Source of the DNA: Anaeramoeba ignava BMAN
Taxonomy: Eukaryota > Protista > Anaeramoebae
Assembly: GCA_028826165.1 (NCBI GenBank)
Contig: JAPDFW010000117.1
Span: 1-64,000, forward strand
DNA: 64,000 nucleotides
Direction of reading: 5' to 3'
Shown here: one piece after another, positions 53,094 to 63,609 of the stretch
How the letters are laid out: every line of letters starts with the position of its first letter
Position numbering within the stretch: the first letter of the stretch is position 1
Translations under genes and position numbers: made by a program
The notes under the pieces: generated by a model
Told to the model about the DNA's origin: nothing
Seen by the model: only the letters and a program-made list of their open reading frames with translations
Database searches by the model: none

Positions 53094-53173
53094 TTAATTT
53101 AAAAAAAATGAAAATTAAAAAAATTAAAATTAAAATTAAAATTATTTTTTTTTCATTTTTTTTCATTTCAAAA
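53094..53173. promoter_or_regulatory. 80-bp bidirectional promoter with opposed TCATTTT initiator-like elements
   Basis: Minus-strand TTTTCATTTTTTT at ~53101-53113 and plus-strand TTTCATTTT and TTTCATTTC at 53151-53169 lie between two divergent ATGs. Confidence 0.65.
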
Positions 53174-54964
53174 ATGAATTATTGTTTATTTTTTGGTTCA
53201 AATCAATCACAAAAACTAATAAAAAATGAACCAAATATAATAACAAAACCAATTCAATTTAAATTTGAAAATGAAAATGAAAATGAAAATGAAAATGAAA
53301 ATGAAAAACAAATTAAACAAATTTCAACAAGTTCTTTTTCAACAATTTTCCTTTTTAAAAATGGAAAAGCAATAGAATATTCAAATGAAAAAGATTCAAA
53401 ACAAAATCCTTCAAAAATCCAAATTGAAGAAAATATTCAAAAAGTAACTCTCAGTAGTCAAAATGAAGTTATTTTAACAATAGAAGGAAATGTATTTGCA
53501 AAAGGAGGATATATTGATTCAGAAAATACAAAAGAATTCATAAATATTTCATCATTAATTGAAGATACAAATGATAGAATAATTCAAGATATTACTTGCT
53601 CTGCTCATTCATTTTACTTATTAACTTCAAATCAAAATGCTTATGGATTTGGTTCAAATTATTATGGTCAACTTGGTTTTGATTTTACAAAATTTTATAA
53701 AACAGAAAAACCAATTTTAATGATGAAAAATGTTTCTAAAATATTTTCAGGAACTACTTCTTCAAATCATGTTTTTCTTTTAAATTCAAATCAAGAATTA
53801 TTTGGATGTGGTTGGAATTATTATGGCCAACTTGGTTTAGATAAAGGAATAAGACAAATAAAAACTAATAAATTAAACAAAATTCAAAATATTCCAAAAG
53901 GCAAAATAATTGATATTCAATGTGCAAGTTGGTATTCAGTAATGTTGATTGAAAATCAAAATCTAAAAAGAAAACTTTATTCATGTGGAAGATATCTCCA
54001 TAATGGACTTGGGAAAGAAGATCGAAATACAACTGAATTTACTGAAATTAAATCACCTTTATTTGAAAATGATGATAATATTCTTGAAATTTCTGTTGGA
54101 TGTTATCATACTTTGATTTTAACTTCCAAAGGAAAACTGATCGGTTTTGGAAGTAATAGTTACGGTCAATTAGGAATTGAAGACATTGAAAAAATACAAA
54201 CAATTCCAATTCAAATTGAACTTCCTAAATTAAGATTTAATGAAAATATTTCTAATTATCATCTTTCTTGTGGAGATTCCAATTCATTTATTTATTATTC
54301 TCCTTCTTCTTTTTCCAATCTTGAAGAAGATTTGATAAAATTATTTAAAAGAAAAGAATTTTGTGATATTTCATTTAAAACAGAAAATGGAGAAATAATC
54401 AAAGCTCATAAATTAATATTAAAATATAGATTAAATCAAAATCAAAATCAAATTGAAAAACTTCAAGAAATTATTTCAACTAAATCAATTAAAGAATCAA
54501 ATCAAATATTTGAAATGATTTATTCAAACAGAATAATAAATCCAAAATTATATTTTGAAATTAAAGAAATTATAAATTCCAATGAAAAAATTGAAGAAAC
54601 AATTAAAAGAATTTATTTAAATGAAAATGAAAAAGATTTTATAATTGAAAGAAAAGAAAAACAATATAAATTCCCTAAATTAATATTAATAATGAGAAGT
54701 GAATTATATCGAGGAATGTTTTTATCTGTAACAAATGATAAATCTAATAAAGTTACAGATTATAGTGAATTAAGTAATAAATCATTTCAAATATTTGAAT
54801 ATTGGATTTATTCAAATCAAATTAAAGATGAAATTCAAATTACACAAGAAATAATTGATGAAATTGAAACAGGAATTGATTATTTTCAATTAAATCAAAC
54901 AAATCCAAATTTATTTGATTTATTAATTAACAAATTTAATAATCAAAATCAAAATTCAAATTAA
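53174..54964 (+). CDS. RCC1-repeat + BTB-like domain protein (intronless, ~596 aa; true start probably ATG 53174)
   Basis: GSNYYGQLG, GWNYYGQLG, ISVGCYHTLILT..GSNSYGQLG repeats; EFCDISF..IKAHKLILKYR and a second BTB-like LILIMRSELYRGMF. The ORF-track extension to 52973 is antisense to the neighbouring gene. Confidence 0.88.
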   Translation: MNYCLFFGSNQSQKLIKNEPNIITKPIQFKFENENENENENENEKQIKQISTSSFSTIFLFKNGKAIEYSNEKDSKQNPSKIQIEENIQKVTLSSQNEVILTIEGNVFAKGGYIDSENTKEFINISSLIEDTNDRIIQDITCSAHSFYLLTSNQNAYGFGSNYYGQLGFDFTKFYKTEKPILMMKNVSKIFSGTTSSNHVFLLNSNQELFGCGWNYYGQLGLDKGIRQIKTNKLNKIQNIPKGKIIDIQCASWYSVMLIENQNLKRKLYSCGRYLHNGLGKEDRNTTEFTEIKSPLFENDDNILEISVGCYHTLILTSKGKLIGFGSNSYGQLGIEDIEKIQTIPIQIELPKLRFNENISNYHLSCGDSNSFIYYSPSSFSNLEEDLIKLFKRKEFCDISFKTENGEIIKAHKLILKYRLNQNQNQIEKLQEIISTKSIKESNQIFEMIYSNRIINPKLYFEIKEIINSNEKIEETIKRIYLNENEKDFIIERKEKQYKFPKLILIMRSELYRGMFLSVTNDKSNKVTDYSELSNKSFQIFEYWIYSNQIKDEIQITQEIIDEIETGIDYFQLNQTNPNLFDLLINKFNNQNQNSN

Positions 54965-55224
54965 AATTAAAATTAAAATCAAAATTAAAATTAAAATCAA
55001 AATTAAAATCAAAATCAAAATTAAAATTAAAATTAAAATTAAAATTAAAATAAAAATTAAAATTAAAATTAAAATTCAAATTAAAATTCAAATTAAAATT
55101 AAAATTAAAATTAAAATTAAAAATCAAAATTAAAATTAAAATTAAAATTAATATTCAAATAAATTTGAAGTTTGATCATATTTGAATTTTACAATATCCC
55201 TTTTTCTTTTTGATTTTGTTTTTT

Positions 55225-56700
55225 ATATAATCAAAATTAATTAAAAAAGATCAAATAATTTTAAGTATTTTGCTTTCTAAAAAAGTAATTTAATAAAAGA
55301 AATAATTTTTTTTTGTTTTAATAAATAAATGTTTAAAAAAGTTAATAAAATTTCTTTTGAATTCTTTTTTGATTTTTTTTGTTGTCTATTTTATGTTGGT
55401 ATTTTTCATCAAGAAAAATTGATCAATTAAATTATTTAAATTAAAAATAAAAAATAAAAATAACCCCTTTCTCTAATTCTTTATTCTTTCTTTTTGATTT
55501 AATTTGTTTTTTATTATATAATTAAAATTAATTAATTAAAAAAGATCAAATAGTTTTAAGAATTTTGCTTGCGAAAAAGAAATTTAATAAAAGAAATAGT
55601 TTTTTTTTGTTTTAATTAATAAATGTTTTTAAAAAGCAAATAACAATTCTTTTTTAATTTATTTGTTGATGATTTTGGATTGCTATTCTTAAAGAAAAAT
55701 TGATTAATTAACTTAATTAAAATAAAAATAAATAATAAGGGGATAAAACAAAATAAGAGTTTTATTTTTTATCTTCCTTCTTATTTTCTGATTTGATTCT
55801 TTTATTATTTATGATTTAATTTGTTTTTTATTATATAATCAAAATTAATTAATTAAAAAAGATCAAATAGTTTTAAGTATTTTGCTTTCTAAAAAAGTAA
55901 TTTAATAAAAGCAATAATTTTTTTTTGTTTTAATTAATAAATGTTTTTAAAAAGCAAATAATAATTCTTTTTTAATTTATTTGTTGATGATTTTGGATTG
56001 CTATTCTTAAAGAAAAATTGATTAATTAACTTAATTAAATAAAAAGAAGAATAAGGGGATAAAACAAATTAAGAGTTTTATTTTTTATCTTCCTTCTTAT
56101 TTTCTGATTTGATTCTTTTATTATTTATAATTTAATTTGTTTTTTATTATATAATTAAAATTAATTAATTAAAAAAGATCAAATAGTTTTAAGTATTTTG
56201 TTTACGAAAAAGAAATTTAATAAAAGAAATAGTTTTTTTTTGTTTTAATTAATAAATGTTTTTAAAAAGCAAATAACAATTCTTTTTTAATTTATTTGTT
56301 GATGATTTTGGGTTGCTATTCTTAAAGAAAAATCGATTAATTAAATTAATTAAATTGAAAATAAATAATAAGGGGATAAAACAAAATAAGAGTTTTATTT
56401 TTTATCTTCCTTCTTATTTTCTGATTTGATTCTTTTATTCTTTATGATTTAGTTTGTTTTTTATTATATAATCAAAATTAATTAATTAAAAAAGATCAAA
56501 TAGTTTTAAGTTTTTTGTTTGCGAAAAAGAAATTTAATAAAAGAAATAATTTTTTTTGTTTTAATTAATAAATGTTTTTAAAAAGCAAATAAAATTAAAT
56601 AATAATTCTTTTTTAATTTAATTTGTTGATGATTTTGAATTGCTATTCTTAAAGAAAAATTGATCAATTAAATTATTTAAATTAAAAATAAAAAATAAAC
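55225..56700. repeat. Tandem array, ~316-317-bp unit, ~4.5 copies
   Basis: GATCAAATAG at 55544, 55861, 56177, 56494; GGGGATAAAAC at 55739, 56055, 56372. Confidence 0.93.
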
Positions 56701-57100
56701 TATTTTCTTTTTTTATTCTAATTAATTTTTTTTTAATTACTTGAAAATAAGTTTAGGGTATATTTTAACTTTAAGTAAGTTAAAAAGAAGAAAAAATTAA
56801 TAATAAAAAACACTTCAAAAAAAAAGCAAAAAAATTTTGTTTTTGATCAAACAAAAAAAAAAAGGATAAAAGAACAAAAATAATTTTTTTTATTCATTTC
56901 TTTCTTTCGTTTTTTTTTTAAAAAAACAAACCAAAACCAAGTTACTTTTCTAATTCTATTCTATTCAATTCTATTTTAGTAAATTAAATTAATTCAAAAA
57001 AATTATTTTTTATTTTGCCCTCACTAACTTCGAACTTTCTTTTTTTTTACTTTTTGAATAAAATAAAAAAAATAATAATAATAGGGGATAAAAAAGGAAA

Positions 57101-59161
57101 ATGAAATTTAATCTGCTTTTTGTTCTTTCTTTGGTATGTTGTACTTTGTTGGTTCAATCTCAAATTACTGAAATGAATTCTCTCAATTTCACAATTGGAA
57201 TGGATTATGTTAATGCAATTTTTATTGATGAAGATGCTGGATTGCTTTATTTTCTTGATCAAAGAAATAATGGTGACGATTATATTTGGACATATGATCG
57301 ATATACTCTTGATATTTTGAATTATACTAATATTGGAGTTTATTATTATCCATACAGAGGAATTGATACACAAAACAAACTATTATATCTTACAAATTAT
57401 TATGGTCAGTTTATCAAATTTGATTTGACTACTATGGAAGTTGTGAGTCAGTGCTACTTGAGTCATGGTATTCCTCACAAAGTTGAACTTGATCTAGTTA
57501 ATCAAAAAGCTTATATTGGGGATTATTATCCATATGTTACCAAAGTTGATTTGTCTTCTTTTACTCAAGAAAGTGTATTAACTCTAGTTAATTATTTTAC
57601 TGGAAGTGTGATTGATGTTGATAATGGGATATTGTATGCTGCAACAGATTCAAGTTCTCAAAACAACGCAACTCTTCACAAAATTGACTTATCAACTTTT
57701 ACTGAAGTTAATTCTATTTTGGTAAACTCATCAGGAATAGCAAGATTAAAGTATGGAGTGATTGATAGTGGCAATCAAATGATGTATTTTGGAACTGATC
57801 AATATTCAATGAATATCGTTAAAATCAATTTAACAGATTTCACATTAGTAGATTCAACAACCATCTCATCTACTGGTGGTTGTTATGGAGCAGGAATTGA
57901 TACAACAAATGGACTTGCTTATTTCTTCTCTCAGTATGGAAATCTCATGAAATTGAACTTAACAAGCTTCACATCAACTGGTTCAACCTATTTCCATGAC
58001 GCTTACTATGTTCCCATAGTTTTTGATTCATCTGCTTCAAATGCATATCTCGGATTAGACTACGCTGATGTTATGCAAATTAATTTACCTGCACTTACAG
58101 TAGGAAATAGGAGTGATTCTATTGTTTATACAGAAGTAGAATTTCTTTGGGTTGATGAAATAAATCAAATTCTTTATCTTTACTTTGGCAATGTTGGAGG
58201 AATAATCGTTAAAATTGATATCACCTCATTTTCACTTGTTGATTATTTGGTTCTTGGCTTGTATGAGGAGATAGATTATGGAGCAATAGATAGTGAAAAT
58301 GGATTCATTTATATTTTCCTCAGTACTGGTGATTTAGATATTGCTAAAATCAGATTATCAAATTTCACTCTTGATGGAATTGTTACACTGGAGACAAATC
58401 TATATGTAGATATGGGTGTTTTTGATACAGAAAATCAGATTTTGTATCTTGTAATCTGGAATAGTACAGATTATGAAGAATATTTAGTTAAAATGAGTTG
58501 TCCAAATTTAGAAATTATTCAATCTTTCATTTTATCAAGTGATGCCTCCTTCGATGATATTTTACTTGATTCTTCACGTGGATATCTTTATATGTTGATT
58601 TATGATTATTATGAATCAGAATATTTTATAAATCAATATCAAGCATCAACATTTAATCAAGTTGGACAAACTAATCTAACAGAATATAATATTGGAGATT
58701 GGGCTTTGGATAAAACTCATCAATTCATTTACTTTTTTGATTGGGATAATTATGCAACTTGTAGAATTAATTTGAATAATATGCAAGTTGTGGATTGTTT
58801 GGATATCACTATGGATGATTGCTATTCCTTTTTCATTACTTCAGGTGACTCTTATCTTTTCATGGTAATTGATTTTTACAATTCAACTTCTGATGAATAT
58901 GAAGGAGCATTAGTTCAAATTCAAACAAGTTCAAATCAATTAGTTTCATTCACACCATTTGATTATGAATTATTTTATGATTATGAGTCTTGTTATGATC
59001 CAACAACAAATTACGGATATTTGATTGATTATTATTCAACTCCTGTTACTCTTTATCAACTTTCCTTTCCACCACCAATTCCAAATCCTTCTTCAAGTCA
59101 ACAAACTCTTTTCTCCTTTTTCATTTTAGGAATAATGATGATGATTTTGGGATTCTTTTAA
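57101..59161 (+). CDS. Secreted, probably GPI-anchored beta-propeller surface protein (YVTN/YncE-like repeats)
   Basis: Signal peptide, ~14 repeats of (G/V)ID..N..LY..../ IVKI(D/N)L..FT, many NxS/T sequons, Pro/Ser spacer and a terminal hydrophobic tail (SSSQQTLFSFFILGIMMMILGFF). Confidence 0.75.
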   Translation: MKFNLLFVLSLVCCTLLVQSQITEMNSLNFTIGMDYVNAIFIDEDAGLLYFLDQRNNGDDYIWTYDRYTLDILNYTNIGVYYYPYRGIDTQNKLLYLTNYYGQFIKFDLTTMEVVSQCYLSHGIPHKVELDLVNQKAYIGDYYPYVTKVDLSSFTQESVLTLVNYFTGSVIDVDNGILYAATDSSSQNNATLHKIDLSTFTEVNSILVNSSGIARLKYGVIDSGNQMMYFGTDQYSMNIVKINLTDFTLVDSTTISSTGGCYGAGIDTTNGLAYFFSQYGNLMKLNLTSFTSTGSTYFHDAYYVPIVFDSSASNAYLGLDYADVMQINLPALTVGNRSDSIVYTEVEFLWVDEINQILYLYFGNVGGIIVKIDITSFSLVDYLVLGLYEEIDYGAIDSENGFIYIFLSTGDLDIAKIRLSNFTLDGIVTLETNLYVDMGVFDTENQILYLVIWNSTDYEEYLVKMSCPNLEIIQSFILSSDASFDDILLDSSRGYLYMLIYDYYESEYFINQYQASTFNQVGQTNLTEYNIGDWALDKTHQFIYFFDWDNYATCRINLNNMQVVDCLDITMDDCYSFFITSGDSYLFMVIDFYNSTSDEYEGALVQIQTSSNQLVSFTPFDYELFYDYESCYDPTTNYGYLIDYYSTPVTLYQLSFPPPIPNPSSSQQTLFSFFILGIMMMILGFF

Positions 59162-59333
59162 CTGATCTTTTTTTTTTTCTTTTTTTTTCTTTTCTTTTCT
59201 TTTCTTTTTCAATTTTCAAAAGAAGTTAATAAAAAGATTCCAAATCATTTCTTTATTATTCTTTTTCTAAATTGAAATTTTAAAAAATTTTTCATTTTTT
59301 TCTTTTCAAAAAATTAAAATAAAAATTGAAAAA

Positions 59334-61849
59334 ATGTCATTCAATATCCTTAAAGAAATTAAACCAATTTTTCCAAAATCAGAAAATTATAAAATTTTAC
59401 AACAAACACTTGAAAAAAAATCACAATTAATTTATGAAAAATTTGAATATGAAAAATTACAAAAATCAAAATATAAAGAATTAATTTTTCAAATTGATTC
59501 ATTATTTAAACCTGAAGAAAACAAGAACAATAATAAAAAATCAAAAAAGGAAAGTAAACATCTTCGAATTTCTATTGAAAGGTAAAAAAAAATTTGATTT
59601 TGATTTTGATTTTGATTTTGATTTTAATTTTGATTTTATTTTAATTTAGATTTCTTCATAGAATTACCAATTTTGTTCTTATTCCTTTTATTCAAAACAA
59701 TTTAATTCAAGAATGGTTTGATATTCAAATTAAAAAAATTGCTTTATCTTCTTTTCGTCGAAGAAAAAATCACGATTTCTCAAGTTTTCTTGGTTCTTTA
59801 AATACAAGTTCTTGTTCTCCAAAATTATGGAATTCAAATATTATTCAAGCTGCTGTAAAGTTTTTAGAGGATATTTCAACTGAGATTATCAATTTCGGAT
59901 CTTTTGATTTTATTAACAAACAAAAACTAAAACAATTTCAATTTAAATTATCTCAATTCCTAATTCCTCAAAAAGAAATTGAAAAGAAAAAATCAAACCA
60001 ATCGAGAATTCCAAGTCTAGAAGAAATATCAAGAAGAGTTATTGAAAATACTTTATTTATTTGCGAAAGTGATTTAGGAGAGCATTTGCCTTTAAATATT
60101 ATCGAAAATATTTTTGATGAAATGAATTTAAATGGAATAATTACTACTTCAAATATTTCAAATTTCAAACAACTCGAAGTTTTGGATTTCAAAGGAAATT
60201 TTTGGCTGAATGACAATACTGTTTCAAAAATTAGCAGTTTTGATCGAGTTTTCGAATTGAATTTTACAGGATGTTCATCTTTAACTGATGAAAGTTTGAA
60301 AATTATTTGCGAAAATGAAATGTTCCAAAAAAACTTGGAAGTTTTAATACTCGGAATTTGGAACGGAAAGCCTTTTCATCGACATGAATCGGATTGCCAA
60401 ATACCATTGACGTATTACAATTCAACATATCTTCACGAAGAATGGATCTACCTCAAAATATCAGAAGATGCATTTGTTAATTTGAAACATTTGAAAAATT
60501 TAATTTATTTGGATATCAGCGGATGTCTTGGGAAAAATAACCCCAATTTGGAATACATCCAAGATCACCACGCTGGAGAAAATTATCAAGAGAAGATTTT
60601 CAGTGAATTTTTACCGCAATTAAACCATTTGCAAACTCTTATTTTGGGAAAAGATGGAATAACAGCTCCAATCGTGGAAATGATTCCTTCTTCAATAATA
60701 AATTTGAAAATTACAATTTCTGCGTGCTCAAACATAATCAAGAAGCAACATAATCAAAATCTTGCTCATATTTACAGTGGAGTGCGAAAAGAAAGCAGAT
60801 ATAAAATGATCTCAGCTTTCCAGAAACTTGATCACCTGAAAATTCTCTCAATTTCCGAAATCAAACTCTCACTTTATACAATAAGATCATTTGATAACCC
60901 AGACCAAAACGGATATCTTTTGGATCATCAATTCGCATCCTTATTACAAAATTGGAAGCAATTAGCCTATTTGAAAATTGAGCCCTTTGATGATCTTGTT
61001 GATTTTGAAATGACTCGAGATTGGATTCCAAGTTTTTCTTCACAGCTCTTATCGCTTGATTTATCAGGAAATAAATGGATAAACGATGATATCTTAATTG
61101 GACTTGAGAAGGAATCTAAGGGGTTGTCAAGATTGGCACTTCTTCGTTCATTAGATTTATCAAAAACAACGATATCCGACCAAATTTTATGCAAAATACT
61201 GCCAAATTTATTCCAATTAGACTATTTGAATCTGCAATCAACAAGAGCTGGAAATGAAACGATCAAATACATCAACGAATATTTAAGAAATCTCACAGTT
61301 TTAAAACTCGGGGGCAAAAATTCGGACCAAATTGCAAATATTACAGACGAAGGAATTCGTGAACTAGCTTTGAATCAAAGCATCCAAAAACTTTTTCTTT
61401 TATCATTCCCTAATGTCACTATATTAACTGAATGTGATTGTTCTAAATCCGATAAAGAAAGTGAAAAATGCGTTTTTTTTCTTCCCATTTGGAAAAATGT
61501 TCAGGAATTATATTTCAATGAAATGAGAATTGGCGGTTTATTCAAACATTTACAATCAACTCATGATCAAACATTTCTTCATCATTTAATTCATTTTGAT
61601 TGCCAAGGAACTGTTGAATGTGATATTTATGAAGGAAATTATTTTCATCTTCATAAAATTTATTCAGAAAATGTTGAAAATATTAACGCAAGAGTTTTGG
61701 ATCCTTCTCAGTACAAAATTGATGGATCTTGCTTGAAAAAATTAATCAATTTAAAATCTTTTGTTGTTTCTGAATCTGAAGGTTTTGGTGGGTTTTATCC
61801 GTTATTTTTTTGTAATTGTCCAAATCATCTTCCTTTGAAAAACAATTAA
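59334..61849 (+). CDS. LRR (RNI/AMN1-like) protein with BC-box/cullin-box-like motif, 2 exons
   Basis: Exons 59334-59581, 59650-61849 in phase. RIPSLEEISRRVI...LGEHLPLNIIENIF precedes LRRs (LEVLDFKGN, LNFTGCSSLTDESL, LDISGC, LDLSGNKWIND, LDLSKTTISD). Confidence 0.8.
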
Positions 61850-61918
61850 AATTTACAATTAAAAAAGTGGAATTTTTTATTTTTCTTTTTATTTTCTTTT
61901 TTTTTTGAATTTCAATTT

Positions 61919-62860
61919 GAAAATGAAAATCCAAAAAGAAAACTTTATTCATGTGGAAATTATGAATATAATGGACTTAATCAATATAATTATGAATTTA
62001 CTGAAATCAAATCATCTTTATTTGAAAATGATGATAATATTCTTGAATTTTCTGTTGGATATTTACATACTTTGATTTTAACTTCAAAAGGAAAATTAAT
62101 TGGATTTGGAAATAATAATTTTGGTGAATTAGGAATTGAAGACATTGAAAAAATACAAACAATTCCAATTCAAATTGAACTTCCTAAATTAAGATTTAAT
62201 GAAGATATTTCTAATTATCATATTTCTTGTGGAGATTCCAATTCATTTCTTTATTATTCTCCTTTTCTTTCTTCTTTTTCCAATCTTGAAGAAGATTTGA
62301 TAAAACTATTTAGAAGAAAAGAATTTTGTGATATTTCATTTAAAACCGAAAATGGAGAAATAATTGAAGCTCATAAATTAATATTAAAATATAGATTAAA
62401 TCAAAAAAATGAAAATCAAATTGAAAAACTCCAAGAAATTATTTCAAAAAAATCAATTAAAGAATCAAATCAAATATTTGAAATGATTTATTCAAACAGA
62501 ATAATAAATCCAAAATTATATTTTGAAATTAAAGAAATTATAAATCCAAATGAAAAAATTGAAGAAACAATTAAAAGAATTTATTTAAATGAAAATGAAA
62601 ATGAAAAAGATTTTATAATTGAAAGAAAAGAAAAACAATATAAATTTCCAAAATTAATATTAATAATGAGAAGTGAATTATATCGAGGAATGTTTTTATC
62701 TGTAACAAAAAATACTTCTAATAAAGTTACAGATTATAGTGAATTAAGTAATAAATCATTCCAAATATTTGAATATTGGATTTATTCAAATCAAATTAAA
62801 GAAGGAATTCAAATTACACAAGAAATTATTGATAAAATTAAAATTCTAAAAATAAATTGA
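61919..62860 (+). pseudogene. 5'-truncated fragment of an RCC1-BTB paralogue
   Basis: Closely matches ~53950-54865 (ENxNxKRKLYSCG onward), has no upstream in-frame ATG, and diverges and stops at IIDKIKILKIN*. Confidence 0.8.
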
Positions 62861-62900
62861 TTTTATTTTTAAAATTTATTAAAGAAAATCAAAATCTTCT

Positions 62901-63609
62901 TTACAAATTAAATTGATTTTGATTTTGATTTTGATTTTGATTTTGATTTTGATTTTGATTTTGATTTTGATTTTGATTTTGATTTTCTATGATTGAATCT
63001 TCTTGATTAATTAATTCTTCAGAAAAAAATTGAAAAAAAATATCATTTGCAAGTTGAGAAATTTTTGAATTTTGATGATTAAGAAGATTTTCAAGTTTTT
63101 GAACGAGATTTGCTTCTTCAAAAAGAAAAGCTATTTCATTAATAGAAGAATCAGTAATAAAATCACCAATTGATAACATTTTTGAAATTCCTTCTAAAAT
63201 AATTTGAATCAAAACAGGATCATTTGAATCAAGTAAATCAACATAAGGAGAAGCGCCATTATTTTTAAGAAAATCCTTGACGCCTAAAATATTTCGATAG
63301 TAAGCAAGATAAGAAATTGCCCAAGCTGCTTCTTTCTTTGTTTTGAATTCATCTGTTTTCATAATTGCAACTAAAATTGGAATTGCTCCATTTTGTATCA
63401 CTTCATTTTGTTGTGATTCAGTTCCTGCGCAAATGTTTGATATTGCCCAACATGCATTGTTTCTTTCAATTTCGTATGAACTTGTTAACATTTTTACAAG
63501 TGCTGGTATTGCTTTTTTTTCGATTACATATTCTGAAATTTTATCATTTCCGCTGAGAAGATTTGCAATTATTTTCAATGATGGTATATGGAGTGATTGA
63601 TTTTTATGA
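62901..63609 (-). CDS. Importin-alpha (karyopherin alpha), last exon only; upstream intron runs off the window
   Basis: ARM repeats IPSLKIIANLLSGND, NNACWAISNICAG, EFKTKKEAAWAIS, LENLLNHQNSKISQLA; acceptor TAG on the minus strand at 63612-63610; poly-NQ tail. Confidence 0.85.

Noticed and set aside
52973-53173. N-terminal extension of RCC1-BTB overlapping the BTB-TLDc gene
   Set aside because: It is antisense and promoter sequence; ATG 53174 follows the TCATTT elements and starts the domain.
2579-55127. Dozens of ORF-track entries made of poly-IL, NF, KI, LK, DF, SK or IQFN
   Set aside because: They are translations of intronic or intergenic microsatellites, or antisense to NQ tracts; splicing them out restores conserved domains.
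1-56700. Regularly spaced repeats as a CRISPR array
   Set aside because: Whole units repeat with no unique spacers, there are no cas genes, and the context is eukaryotic.
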